64,000 bases of DNA from an uncultured bacterium (GTDB taxonomy: Bacteria; Verrucomicrobiota; Verrucomicrobiia; Verrucomicrobiales; DEV007), in contig CAXBMO010000019.1 of assembly GCA_963977015.1 (NCBI GenBank), positions 50,083 to 114,082 of the forward strand, read 5' to 3'. Positions 9,799-20,100 of this stretch are shown piece after piece (position 1 is the stretch's first letter; every line of letters begins with the position of its first letter). The position numbers were made by a program, and so were the translations under genes. The notes beneath the pieces were generated by a model that did not search any database, was not told the origin of the DNA, and worked only from the letters and a program-made list of their open reading frames with translations.

Positions 9799-11160
9799 AT
9801 GATATCCAATTCAAAAATTCAGGCTCTCCAGGAGTCGCTCAAGGCGCAGGGCGTCAAGTACTGTGTCGGCGCCTATGTCGATATCCACGGAGTGCCGAAG
9901 GGGAAGTTCGTTCCGATCGATCACTTCCAGCATTTTGCCCACGGGTCCGAGCTTTACACCGGCTATGCGCTGGATGGCCTGGGACAGCGACCGAATGATG
10001 ACGAGATTGCCTCCGTTCCTGACGTTGATTCAATCACGATCCTGCCGTGGAACAAGGAAGTCGCCTGGATGCCGGCGGACAACACGTTCAAAGGGGAGCC
10101 TTATCCCATCAATACGCGGGTTGCCTTGAAGAAGCAGTTGCAAGCCGCCGCCGACATGGGGTTTGGATTCAATCTGGGGATTGAGTGTGAAGTCTTTGTC
10201 GTCAAACAAAGGGAGGATGGAAGTCTGGAGATCCCGAACGACGACGATGATCTGGAGAAGTCGTGTTATGATGTGAAACGCTTCCTCGACCGCTACACGT
10301 GGTTGGATAAGGTCTCGACCACGATCAACGATCTGGGTTGGGGACTCTATTCCCTCGATCATGAAGATGCGAACTCGCAGTTCGAGTTCGACTTCAATTA
10401 TGCAGATGCGTTGACGATGTGTGATCGCTACATCTTCTTCCGTCTCATGGCCAAGCAGTATGCTGCCGAGGAAGGATTGCTCGCCACCTTCATGCCGAAG
10501 CCGTTCGCCGATAAAACGGGTTCGGGCGCGCATTTTAACATGTCCCTGTTCGACAAGGATACCGGGGAGAACCTTTTCAAGTGTGCCCCTGAAGCCGATC
10601 CGCGTGGATTGGGTTTGACCGAGCTGGGCTACCAATTTATTGGCGGAATTCTCAAGCACGGCCGGGCGCTGTGCTGTGCTTATGCACCAACGGTAAATAG
10701 TTACAAACGACTGGTTCGTCGGGGCTTGATGTCCTACTACACATGGGCACCCGTGTTCAATAGTTACGGCAAGAACAACCGGACGAATGCGATGAGGGTG
10801 CCAATGGGTGGCGGTCGCGTTGAGTCCCGCAATGCCGACGCCTCCTGCAATCCCTACCTCGCGGCGACCCTTGCCCTCGCGGCGGGTCTGGAAGGAATTC
10901 GCGAAAACCTGGATCCCGGCGAGGCGATCGAGGACAACCTTTACGAACTCACTCCGGAGCAATTCGCAGAACGGGGAATCGAAGAATTACCAACCACGCT
11001 GAAGGAGGCGGTGGAAGCATTCTCGGCTTCGCCCTTTGTGGAGGATGTGTTGGGTTCGGAACTCCGACAGGAATTCATCACTTATAAATCCGAGGAATGG
11101 CGTCAATACCACCAGCGAATCAGTCAGTGGGAATATGAGCAGTATGCAAGGTTGTTTTGA
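9799..11160 (+). CDS. glnT: Type III glutamate-ammonia ligase / gamma-glutamyl-amide synthetase (GlnT/GmaS family)
   Basis: Motifs [48 protein letters not shown] and NPYLA. The DHED..QFE pattern is of the GlnT/GmaS type. Confidence 0.88.
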   Translation: MISNSKIQALQESLKAQGVKYCVGAYVDIHGVPKGKFVPIDHFQHFAHGSELYTGYALDGLGQRPNDDEIASVPDVDSITILPWNKEVAWMPADNTFKGEPYPINTRVALKKQLQAAADMGFGFNLGIECEVFVVKQREDGSLEIPNDDDDLEKSCYDVKRFLDRYTWLDKVSTTINDLGWGLYSLDHEDANSQFEFDFNYADALTMCDRYIFFRLMAKQYAAEEGLLATFMPKPFADKTGSGAHFNMSLFDKDTGENLFKCAPEADPRGLGLTELGYQFIGGILKHGRALCCAYAPTVNSYKRLVRRGLMSYYTWAPVFNSYGKNNRTNAMRVPMGGGRVESRNADASCNPYLAATLALAAGLEGIRENLDPGEAIEDNLYELTPEQFAERGIEELPTTLKEAVEAFSASPFVEDVLGSELRQEFITYKSEEWRQYHQRISQWEYEQYARLF

Positions 11161-11215
11161 TGCAGCAGAGCGTGGATGCCAATGAACTCGATTTCTTTTA
11201 CGTAGGTAAGGTTTC

Positions 11216-12205
11216 TTAGTCCGTGAGCACCGGCGCCAGATAGAGGTTGCGATAGGAAACCGCAGTGTGGTCACCCTGAATATAGATGGGGCCGGGCGCC
11301 GAGGGATCGGTATGGATGGCCCCGGCCGTCGGTCCCGGCACGGGCTGATTGTCGATCACGGTGACGCCGTTCAAAACGACGGTGACATGGCGATCCACCA
11401 GGGTAAGATCATAGGTTTGCCATTCACCTCCGGGTTTTCCGGCATTCGTCGATGGGGGAATCCTCCCAAAGATTGCCCCAACGCCCTGGAGGCCCTGCAT
11501 CCGGCTGTCGCGATCCACGACCTGAGCCTCATACATCCCCCGAAGATAGATGCCGCTGTTGCGCTGCGCGCCGACCAGGAATTCGACATGTAGCCAGAAA
11601 TCCTCAAAAACCGCTTCGGTCTTCAGGTTCGCATGATCGCCTGTGGCGCTGAAGTCGGTTTTCGGGGTGCTGTTGACGAGCATGCCATCCTTGACGCTCC
11701 ATCCGTTGATTTTGTCAGGCTCATGAGGGATCCAGCCGGTCAGGTCCCTGCCATTGAAGAGCGCAATGGGATGCCCAAATCGAACCTTGGAGAGGTCCGG
11801 TGCTTTGGTTGGCATGGGCGGAATCTTCGTGCCTGTAAACGCGACGTTCTCCGCGGTGCCATCAGGAAAGGTCTGCAAAATTGTCCCGTCGAGTTTTCCA
11901 TCGACGATCCCAACGTCGACCGTTTGCGTTGGCACGCCCTCCTTCTTCCGTTTCTTGAGCGCAAATTTGATCCGGCCATCAACGACTTCGACGTTTTCAA
12001 ACGGACCGGCAGATCCAACATACAATCGGAAGAACACGACCGGATTTCCTTCCTTTTCCTGAATGCTCATCCAACCGGGAACACCGGATTCAACCTCGAG
12101 CGACCAGTCCCCCCAAAGGCTCTCGGGAATCGATTGAGCATGCACCGAAGAGATGAAGAGCAGGAACAGGCAGGGCAGGAGTTTGCGATGGAGAGTCATG
12201 AACAT
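11216..12205 (-). CDS. DUF1080 (3-keto-disaccharide hydrolase-like) secreted protein
   Basis: Signal peptide plus LFNGRDLTGW, NSGIYLRG.YEAQV and GPIYIQGDH..V.YRN. Confidence 0.9.
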   Translation of the reverse strand: MFMTLHRKLLPCLFLLFISSVHAQSIPESLWGDWSLEVESGVPGWMSIQEKEGNPVVFFRLYVGSAGPFENVEVVDGRIKFALKKRKKEGVPTQTVDVGIVDGKLDGTILQTFPDGTAENVAFTGTKIPPMPTKAPDLSKVRFGHPIALFNGRDLTGWIPHEPDKINGWSVKDGMLVNSTPKTDFSATGDHANLKTEAVFEDFWLHVEFLVGAQRNSGIYLRGMYEAQVVDRDSRMQGLQGVGAIFGRIPPSTNAGKPGGEWQTYDLTLVDRHVTVVLNGVTVIDNQPVPGPTAGAIHTDPSAPGPIYIQGDHTAVSYRNLYLAPVLTD

Positions 12206-12252
12206 GGGGTTGGGAAGTGAGCGTTAAAGGGGCCATCAAGGAGATGCCCGCC

Positions 12253-12268
12253 GCGTTTGAAATGCCAA
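12253..12268 (-). promoter_or_regulatory. Possible sigma54 promoter for the DUF1080 gene
   Basis: Minus strand reads TTGGCATTTCAAACGC (GG-N10-GC), about 50 nt upstream of the start. Confidence 0.4.
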
Positions 12269-12372
12269 CGTTTTTCTGAGTGGGGATTCGAAAAATGACG
12301 GGGCGGTAATGAAAATAGAATCGATTTGAAGGAAACTGGGGTTTCATCTTTTTGACCAGCCGCAAATTCCCC

Positions 12373-13761
12373 ATGAAATGGTTCCCCCAACTCTTCCTCG
12401 CTCTGACCGTGTTCTCCAGTAGTGCACTCGGTCAGGATCAGCCCAACTTCCTGTTTCTGCTTTCCGACGACCAGGCCTGGAACGAACTCTCCTGCCAGAT
12501 GCATCCGGAAATGCCGGAGTCGAAGAGCCAAATCGTGCAGACTCCAAACATCGCGAAACTGGCGAGCCAGGGGATGCGATTCAGCGCGGCATATTCACCG
12601 ACATCCGTGTGTTCGCCCTCGCGCATCAGCCTGCAAACGGGGAAGAGTCCGGCCCAATGTGGTTGGACCAAGGCGGGGCCGGTGATGAGAGCTGGAGCCG
12701 GGTTCAAGCTCATTCCGCCGCCGAGCCGGAGCCACATCGAAGCTGGCGAAGTGACGATTGGCGAGCTGCTGCAATCCGCCGGCTATCGCACGGCACATTA
12801 TGGCAAGTGGCATCTTGGGGGCGGCGGTCCCGGGAATCATGGTTACGACGAGAGCGATGGAGATACTGGAAACCGGGACGCAGCTCCACACGTCGAGCCC
12901 AATCCGGTCGATATCTTTGGGATGAGCAGTCGCGCTCAGGCGTTCATGGAGACGAGCCGGAACGCTGGCAAACCCTTCTTCATCCAGATGTCGTTTTACG
13001 CCCTGCATTATCCGCAGAATGCGAGCAGGTCGCTGGTCGAGAAATATCAGGCCTTGAATCCGCGCGGTAGGGAAAGGGAGATTGGGCGTGCTGCGATTTC
13101 CGAAGATCTGGATCGTGGGGTGGGGGAGTTGATGGCCAAAATCGAGGAATTGGGGATCGGGGACCGCACCTACGTGATTTACATGTCGGACAATGGCAGC
13201 TCGACCGGCAACACGCTGAATGGCGGGAAAGGCGACGTTTGGGAAGGAGGGATCCGGGTGCCGCTGATGGTTCGGGGGCCCGGGATTGCGGCGAACTCAT
13301 GGAATCATCAACGCGTCGTCGGTTACGACTTTTATCCCACGTTCTGCAAATTGGCCGGTGTGAAGCAAAAGCTGCCTTCGACGACCGAAGGAGGACTGAT
13401 CGATCATCTCTTCCACGGAAGTTCCGAGCCTGTGAAACGTCCGCGCGAGGAACTGGTTTTCCATTTTCCGCACTACCAGGGCGATGCGCCTCACACCGCG
13501 TTGTTTCTTGGCGACTACAAGTTGATCCGGTTCTACGAGGATCATTCGCTCCAACTCTACAACGTCAGTGAGGATATCGGAGAACGGAACAATTTGTTGA
13601 GCGAGAAGCCGGATTTGGCGGACCAGATGTTGGCACGGATGGATGCTTATCTGGAGGCGGTGAACGCGGGATTGCCAACGCCAAATCCGAACTATGATCC
13701 GGAGAATCCGCCCAATCTTCGAGAGGTGAACCGGGGCAAGAAGGGCGGAAAGAGAAAGTGA
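12373..13761 (+). CDS. Sulfatase (Cys-type)
   Basis: Signal peptide plus PNFLFLLSDD, CSPSR, GKWHLG, SDNG and EGGIRVP. Confidence 0.95.
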   Translation: MKWFPQLFLALTVFSSSALGQDQPNFLFLLSDDQAWNELSCQMHPEMPESKSQIVQTPNIAKLASQGMRFSAAYSPTSVCSPSRISLQTGKSPAQCGWTKAGPVMRAGAGFKLIPPPSRSHIEAGEVTIGELLQSAGYRTAHYGKWHLGGGGPGNHGYDESDGDTGNRDAAPHVEPNPVDIFGMSSRAQAFMETSRNAGKPFFIQMSFYALHYPQNASRSLVEKYQALNPRGREREIGRAAISEDLDRGVGELMAKIEELGIGDRTYVIYMSDNGSSTGNTLNGGKGDVWEGGIRVPLMVRGPGIAANSWNHQRVVGYDFYPTFCKLAGVKQKLPSTTEGGLIDHLFHGSSEPVKRPREELVFHFPHYQGDAPHTALFLGDYKLIRFYEDHSLQLYNVSEDIGERNNLLSEKPDLADQMLARMDAYLEAVNAGLPTPNPNYDPENPPNLREVNRGKKGGKRK

Positions 13762-13912
13762 AACGGACCGGAAGATTCCCGGTCTCACAGGTTATCCGAT
13801 CCTCGAGGCGGAAGGCTATCGCAGGACTCGCCAAACGGAGGTTTGTCAGGGGCGATCAAGGCAAGAAATCGCGCTTGCCATGGTCTGGAGCAGTCTGCAA
13901 GAGTTGCGGCCT

Positions 13913-15727
13913 ATGAGCAACCCGCGCCTGGCTTACCTTTTCAGCCGTTATCCCATTGTTTCCCAAACCTTTTGCGATAACGAGATTCTCGGGCTGGAGG
14001 AAGCTGGGTGGGACGTCGTGGTGGCCTCCCTGAATCCGCCGCTGGACGACTTTCGTCACGCCCGGTTGGATGCGTTGAAGGCGCCGGTCCTCTATCCACC
14101 GCCTCCCAATGTGTTGAAGCTGCTGGAGGAAGAGGCGCGTGCCGAGGGAACCTGGCCGCAGGAATTGATCGACCAACACGAACAGGCGTTTGGCGCGGAT
14201 ACCAAGCCGGATCAGCGCTGCCGAAACGCACTTCCGTTGGTTAGCCAGTTGCGGAGGGAGGGAATCGATCACGTCCACCTGCACTTCGCCAATCGAGCCA
14301 CCCATTCCGCGTTGTTCTTGAAGGCCATGTCGGGCATTCCCTATTCGTTTACTCCCCAGGCCAAGGACTTCCTCGTCGATATCGAACCGAAGCTCCTGGA
14401 AGAACTCTGCCGTGAGGCGGAGTTCGTGGTTGCGCCCTGTGATTACGCCCAAAAGAAGCTGGCGGAGATGTGTCCGGATAGCGCGGACAAGATCGTGCGG
14501 ATCTACAACGGGATCGATCCGTCCGGCTATCGCCAAGCCCAACCGAAGGCGGGGCCGGACGTGGTGCGGATTGCGAGTTGCGGCCGGCTCATCGAGTTCA
14601 AGGGGTTTCATCACCTGATTGCCGCAGTTGGCGAGGCGCGTTCCAATGGCGTTCGCGTGGAATTCGAGTTGCTCGGAGATGGCCCCTGGCGCGAACGGTT
14701 GGAGAACCAAACGGATGAGTTGGGTCTTCGCGACCGGGTCACCTTTCGCGGAACGGTAGGGCTCGACGAGATGAAGTCCACGTTCGAACGGATTGACGCC
14801 TTCGTCCTGGCCTGCATTTTCGACCAGGAAGGAGCGTCGGACATGTTTCCCACCGTCATCACCGAGGCGATGCTTTCCGGGCTCGCCGTGGTCAGCACTC
14901 CCATTGCCGGCGTGCCGGAGATGGTGATGGAAGGCAAAACCGGGATGTTGGTGGAACCCGGAGACGAAAAGGCGCTGGCCGACGCGCTGTGCCGATTCGC
15001 GAACGAGCCGGATCTGGCCATCAACATGGGCAAGGCCGGGCGCGAGCGGGCCGTCGAGGTCTTTTCACGGCAGACCACCCTGGCGCAGCTTCAGGATCGC
15101 CTGAAGGAAGCGAAAGCCCGGAGTTCGGCTCCATCGCCTCCTGCTGTTGCTGCCTTTTTTGAGCTGAAGGACGGAGACGGCGATCGCTTCAACGTCGAGC
15201 GGGCCGCGATGGCGGAAATGTCGGGATCCCTCTGGGTGGCGGCGGGGCTGGCTTCCCCGAACGAGCTGAAAGCGATCGGAGATCTGGAAGCGCTGAATTG
15301 GTTGCCGGACGGAATGGTGCTGGAGATGGAGTGGCGGAGTCACAATGCCGAACGAACGCGGCTGGTTGAACTCCGCAGCGAACTCGGAACTTCGGTCGAT
15401 GGGGAAACGTTTTTTTCAGCGGCGCGCCGGGCCTTGTGGTGGGCGGAGGATTTGCGTCGCCGTGGCGGAGCGAAATTGCTGTTTGCGGGGGACACCACGG
15501 AGTGTCTCGTCGTCTGGTTGACGAGCAGGATCACCGGAATTCCCTTCGTCGCCGCGCTGGAACGTGAATCCGCGTTCTCCAAAAACCTGAGAACCCGGAT
15601 TTTCGAGGCGGCCAACGCGATTGCGCTTCAAAACCAGGAAGACCCCCTTTTGCGCTCCGCCCGCCGGGCGAAACCCGATGCTCGAATCAGCGCGTTGCGG
15701 AACTGGCTGCAATCCGTATCAGGCTGA
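13913..15727 (+). CDS. Glycosyltransferase family 4 (WcaL-like) with C-terminal extension
   Basis: Motifs YP.VSQTF..NEI, HVHLHFA, GRLIEFKG and P.VITEAM..GLAVVST..AGVPE. Confidence 0.9.
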   Translation: MSNPRLAYLFSRYPIVSQTFCDNEILGLEEAGWDVVVASLNPPLDDFRHARLDALKAPVLYPPPPNVLKLLEEEARAEGTWPQELIDQHEQAFGADTKPDQRCRNALPLVSQLRREGIDHVHLHFANRATHSALFLKAMSGIPYSFTPQAKDFLVDIEPKLLEELCREAEFVVAPCDYAQKKLAEMCPDSADKIVRIYNGIDPSGYRQAQPKAGPDVVRIASCGRLIEFKGFHHLIAAVGEARSNGVRVEFELLGDGPWRERLENQTDELGLRDRVTFRGTVGLDEMKSTFERIDAFVLACIFDQEGASDMFPTVITEAMLSGLAVVSTPIAGVPEMVMEGKTGMLVEPGDEKALADALCRFANEPDLAINMGKAGRERAVEVFSRQTTLAQLQDRLKEAKARSSAPSPPAVAAFFELKDGDGDRFNVERAAMAEMSGSLWVAAGLASPNELKAIGDLEALNWLPDGMVLEMEWRSHNAERTRLVELRSELGTSVDGETFFSAARRALWWAEDLRRRGGAKLLFAGDTTECLVVWLTSRITGIPFVAALERESAFSKNLRTRIFEAANAIALQNQEDPLLRSARRAKPDARISALRNWLQSVSG

Positions 15728-16594
15728 CGCACCAATTTCCTGAACCAAGCGGCTCACGCCGTCCTCCAGCTCAACCTCGGGCTTCCAACCAGACGCCGCG
15801 GTGAATTTCGACGGGTCAAGGCGGTTCCTCGTCACATCCCAGGAAAGTTCCCCTTCCTTGGCGCGGACCTCGATCCGCCGGTTCGTGAGGTTTTCCACCA
15901 GGGCGATCATCTCGCTGAGACGGAGCGTCCGCCCGGAACAAACGTTGTAGATCCCGGAAATGCGTTGGTCGATCGTTGCCAACAAGGCGCGGGAAAGGTC
16001 GTCGATGTGGATGTAATCCTTCTCTGAATCCACGCCCCATTGCTCGAAAACGGTTCCCTCCAAGGCGGCCTGAATGATCCGGGGAATCACGCCCTGAGGC
16101 GGGCCTGCCGTGCCGGGAACGCCGTAGACATTGGCCACCCGCAGAATCGCGGCCTGCTCATTGCGTTCCTGAATCAGGGTTTCCGCAGCGGCTTTTCCCC
16201 GGGCATACTCGCCGACCGGGTTGAGTTCGTCCGTTTCGATGCTGCCCGTTTCCCGCTCGGAATTGCCATAAACAGCGCCGGTGGAAACAAACAACAGGTG
16301 CGTCTGGGCTTCGGTTGCGCTCTTCGAGAGGCGATCGAGCAAGGGCAACTCGATCTCATGAACCTGGCGCGGATTTGCTTCGGCCGTGGTCGGGACAACG
16401 CCCCATGCAAGGTGCAGCACCGCATCGAATCGGCCCATCACGCCCGGATCCGCCAGCGATTCCACCGAAATGGCGCCCAGCTCAGCGTCTGCAGTTCGGA
16501 GGCAGGGCTGAAGCGCGTTGTCGCGCCAACGCGGGTCCGCGCGAAGGGCGCGTCCGAGTCGGCCGTTGGCTCCAGTGATTGCGATCGATGCCAT
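15719..16594 (-). CDS. NAD-dependent epimerase/dehydratase (extended SDR)
   Basis: Rossmann motif ITGANGRLG, STGAVYG, catalytic YARGK (YxxxK), R.ANVYG and DYIHIDD. Confidence 0.92.
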   Translation of the reverse strand: MASIAITGANGRLGRALRADPRWRDNALQPCLRTADAELGAISVESLADPGVMGRFDAVLHLAWGVVPTTAEANPRQVHEIELPLLDRLSKSATEAQTHLLFVSTGAVYGNSERETGSIETDELNPVGEYARGKAAAETLIQERNEQAAILRVANVYGVPGTAGPPQGVIPRIIQAALEGTVFEQWGVDSEKDYIHIDDLSRALLATIDQRISGIYNVCSGRTLRLSEMIALVENLTNRRIEVRAKEGELSWDVTRNRLDPSKFTAASGWKPEVELEDGVSRLVQEIGASA

Positions 16595-16796
16595 TCCGGC
16601 CACGCTTAGGCGAAGGCGAATCGCGATTCAATGGAAATTCGCGTCTTGAGAAACCGCCAGGTCCATGCCGAACCCGAAACCGGCTCGAGGAAGCCACATC
16701 GATTAATGGATTGCGGCCGTATTCCGTGCGAATAATGGCGACAAACCCGCATTTCTTTCCAGAATGCATCGCCCCTCCGCCGGGCACTTCCCCCTG

Positions 16797-19139
16797 ATGA
16801 AGACGACACCGAGTTCAGAACCGACTGAGACCAATCCCGGAACGAGCCAACCAGAGATTCAAGTCGAGCCTCCCGAAACCCATACCGGCATCAAAGTCAA
16901 AGAGCCAAAAACCTACGCTGCTGGGGTTGAGGCAGTTACGTCGTCCTTCAAGCACGTTTTCGGCTTGGCGGGACTGACCCGGGGCGCTTCGGGCATGGCG
17001 AAACTCAACCAAAAAGGCGGGTTCGACTGCCCGTCCTGTGCGTGGCCGGATCCCGACGACGAGCGAGCCGGGACCGAATTTTGTGAGAATGGGGCGAAAG
17101 CGATGGCCTCGGAGATCACGCGTCGAAAGGTTGATCCCAAATTTTTCGCGAAGCACTCCGTTCAGGAGCTCTCCGAGCAGTCCGACTACTGGATGGAGCA
17201 GCAGGGACGCATCACTGATCCCGTGATTTTGCGGCCCGGAGCGACGCATTACGAGCCGATTGAATGGGACGAAGCGTTCCAGCTCGTTGCGGACGAATTG
17301 AATGCGTTGCCCGATCCGGACCGGGCGATTTTCTACACCTCGGGCCGAACCGTGAACGAGAGCGCCTTTCTCTACGGGCTCTTCGTGCGGATGTTCGGCA
17401 CCAACAATCTTCCCGACTGCTCCAACATGTGTCACGAATCGAGTGGGGCAGCCCTGGGAGAGGCGATCGGAATCGGGAAAGGAACGGTCTCGCTCAAGGA
17501 TATCGAGGAAGCGGATTGCCTCCTCGTGGTGGGGCAGAATCCGGGAACCAATCATCCGCGCATGCTTTCGGCTTTGCAGGCCACGGTGCGAAACGGCGGA
17601 GAAATCATCGCGGTGAACCCGATGAAAGAGGCGGGGCTGGTTGGCTTTGCTCATCCTCAGGAAATCGCGGGGATGATGGGAGCGGCGACGCCCCTCAGTT
17701 CGACCTATCTGCGGGTCAAGGTGAACGGTGACCAGGCGCTGTTTCAGGGGCTCAGCAAAGCCTTGTTGGAATTGGAACGGAAACGCCCCGGCGAGATCGT
17801 CGATCACGAGTTCGTGGAAAACCATACCCAGGGGTTCGAGTCCTTCGTCAGCGGGATCGACGCGGTGGGTTGGGACGAGATCGTCGACATCTCCGGCATT
17901 CCGGAAGCCGAGATTCGTGACGCGGCAATGACGATTTTGCGCAAGGACCGCAAGTTCATCACCTGTTGGGCGATGGGGCTGACTCAGCATCGCAACGCGG
18001 TTTCCACAATCCGCGATGTCGTCAATCTGCACCTTCTGCTCGGTGCCGTCGGGCGTCCGGGAGCCGGGCTTTGTCCCGTGCGCGGACACAGCAACGTGCA
18101 GGGGGACCGCACCATGGGAATTTTCGAGAAAATGCCGGCTGAGTTTCACGATTCGATCGATCGCGTGTTCAACTTCCAATCGCCGCGCAAAGTCGGTTTC
18201 GACGTCGTCAACTCGATCCTCGCGATGCACCGTGAAGACGCTTCCGTCTTTTTCGCGATGGGCGGGAACTTCCTTCAAGCGACCCCGGACACCCAGTTCA
18301 CGGCCGAGGCGCTGCAGAAGTGTTCCCTCACCGTTCAGGTTTCGACCAAGCTGAATCGCAGCCATGTCGTGACCGGTCGCACCGGGCTGATTCTGCCTTG
18401 CCTCGGGCGGAGCGAGTTGGATCTGGATGAATCCGGCGAACCCCAGTTCTCGACCGTCGAAAACTCGATGGGCGTGGTTCATCAAAGCCGGGGAACGCTG
18501 GAGCCGGTCTCCGAAAATCTCCTCAGCGAGATTCGGATTGCGGCCCACCTCGCCGCCGCCACCCTGGGCGAACGCGCCACGATCGATTTCGTTTCGCTCT
18601 CGAAGGATTACAACCAAGTGCGTGACCTCATCGAGAAGACCATTCCCGAATTCGAGAACTTCAACCAACGCGTCAGCGAGCCCGGCGGTTTCTATCTCGA
18701 CAACCCGGTGAAATCACGCGTCTTCAAAACCGCCTCCGGCAAAGCCGAATTCTCCACCGAGCCACTGACCACCGCCACGCTCGGCGAAGGGGAGTTGATG
18801 CTGATGACGGTCCGCAGTCACGACCAGTTCAACACCACGGTTTACGGACTTCATGATCGCTATCGCGGGATCAGCAATGAGCGACGCATCCTCTTCATGA
18901 ATCCCGAAGACATGAAGGAGCGCAACATTCGTCCCCTCGCGGAAGTCAGCATTCGGAACGTTTCGGGCGGCCGCACCCGCGAAGTGCATCGCTTCCTCGC
19001 GATTCCCTACGAACTGCCAAAGCTGGCGGTCGCCGGCTATTTCCCCGAGCTCAATCCGCTAGTTCCCATCGATTCGACCGCCGATATCTCGAACACGCCG
19101 ACATCCAAATCGATCCCGGTGACGGTTGAGCTTGGTTGA
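16797..19139 (+). CDS. FdhF/YdeP-family molybdopterin oxidoreductase
   Basis: Motifs GFDCPSCAWPDP, FCENGAKA, NNLPDCSNMCHESSG, VRGHSNVQGDRTMG and RSHDQFNTTVYG. Confidence 0.95.
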   Translation: MKTTPSSEPTETNPGTSQPEIQVEPPETHTGIKVKEPKTYAAGVEAVTSSFKHVFGLAGLTRGASGMAKLNQKGGFDCPSCAWPDPDDERAGTEFCENGAKAMASEITRRKVDPKFFAKHSVQELSEQSDYWMEQQGRITDPVILRPGATHYEPIEWDEAFQLVADELNALPDPDRAIFYTSGRTVNESAFLYGLFVRMFGTNNLPDCSNMCHESSGAALGEAIGIGKGTVSLKDIEEADCLLVVGQNPGTNHPRMLSALQATVRNGGEIIAVNPMKEAGLVGFAHPQEIAGMMGAATPLSSTYLRVKVNGDQALFQGLSKALLELERKRPGEIVDHEFVENHTQGFESFVSGIDAVGWDEIVDISGIPEAEIRDAAMTILRKDRKFITCWAMGLTQHRNAVSTIRDVVNLHLLLGAVGRPGAGLCPVRGHSNVQGDRTMGIFEKMPAEFHDSIDRVFNFQSPRKVGFDVVNSILAMHREDASVFFAMGGNFLQATPDTQFTAEALQKCSLTVQVSTKLNRSHVVTGRTGLILPCLGRSELDLDESGEPQFSTVENSMGVVHQSRGTLEPVSENLLSEIRIAAHLAAATLGERATIDFVSLSKDYNQVRDLIEKTIPEFENFNQRVSEPGGFYLDNPVKSRVFKTASGKAEFSTEPLTTATLGEGELMLMTVRSHDQFNTTVYGLHDRYRGISNERRILFMNPEDMKERNIRPLAEVSIRNVSGGRTREVHRFLAIPYELPKLAVAGYFPELNPLVPIDSTADISNTPTSKSIPVTVELG

Positions 19140-19276
19140 TGCGTTAGACCAGGGTGCATTCGAAAAAGGGTGCTCCAGAACCTGTGGAGGCTTTCAAATC
19201 TGCTCTTAGTTAGAGCAGTTCGGAAAGTGAACCCGTCACCCATGAAAGAGGAATGGGCTCAGGATCGAGTAAGGAT

Positions 19277-19592
19277 CCCCGCCAGTCCAACGGGCTGAGA
19301 CATGCCAGCCCAGGGCAAGCGAGCCAGAGCGCCGCCCTGGGATCACCGAAGGGAAGAAACGGACCCTGAAAGGGGCCGACAACCGATATCCCGGCCCTCC
19401 AGGCTTCATGATATTTATCGAACTCCACCCCGGCCGCCGGGCGTGCCGCCCTCTGGCCGGGGCTGACATATCTCAGCCCTTCAGGCTGGGCTCGGGCGGA
19501 CCGCTCATGTCTCGGACGAACCCGGTTACGCAATCCCCAATCACCCCAGCCGCCTCAACCCTCGGCGTCGCGCTCGTAGCGCCGTTGCGAGA
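19277..19592. repeat. REPIN-like composite element, copy 1
   Basis: Unit of about 315 bp repeated directly at 19781-20100. It has ~30-bp inverted arms (19282-19311 / 19460-19489) and internal hairpins (CCCAGGGC...GCCCTGGG, CCCTGAAAGGG, CCCCGGCC...GGCCGGGG). Confidence 0.85.
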
Positions 19593-19671
19593 CCATCACC
19601 CAAACCCCTCGCTCCATCGCCACCGCCCTTGATTCGTAATCGAATACGTCTCCCCCATTCCTCCCCTCTCC

Positions 19672-19719
19672 CCTCAACCCCCGCCGTCGCGCTCGTCGCG
19701 CTGTTGCGAGACCATCACC
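19672..19719. repeat. Extra copy of the ~45-bp hairpin motif found at the 3' end of both long repeats
   Basis: CCTCAACCC...GTCGCGCTCGT.GCGC.GTTGCGAGA also occurs at about 19553-19600 and 20061-20100. Confidence 0.75.
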
Positions 19720-19780
19720 ACCCAAGCTCGAAGCGCCGTAGCGAGCTCCCCACAGAATCATGGAACCGGAAGCGTGCCAC

Positions 19781-20100
19781 CCCCGCCAGCCCAACGGGCT
19801 GAGACATGCCAGCCCAGGGCAAGCGAGCAACGAGCGCCGCCCTGGGATCACCGAAGGGAAGAAACGGACCCTGAAAGGGCCCGACAACCGATGTCCCGGC
19901 CCTCCAGGCCTCATGATATTTATCGAACTCCACCCCGGCCGCCGGGCGTGCCGCCCTCTGGCCGGGGCTGACATATCTCAGCCCTTCAGGCTGGGCCCGG
20001 GCGGACTGCTCACGCCTCAGACGCAAACCGGTTCGGCAATCCCCAATCACCCCAGCGCCCCCTCAACCCTCGCCGTCGCGCTCGTAGCGCCGTTGCGAGA
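19781..20100. repeat. REPIN-like composite element, copy 2
   Basis: Near-identical direct copy of 19277-19592 with a few substitutions and small indels. Confidence 0.85.

Noticed and set aside
16815-18668. Long antisense ORFs (617 aa here; also 47158-48666, 55617-57023, 23768-25186, 37560-38765)
   Set aside because: These are shadow frames of well-supported genes, as expected in GC-rich DNA.
19151-19226. MITE/IS5-like terminal repeats after fdhF (CTGCTCT...AGAGCAG)
   Set aside because: The match is short and degenerate with no target duplication. It could simply be a terminator-like hairpin.
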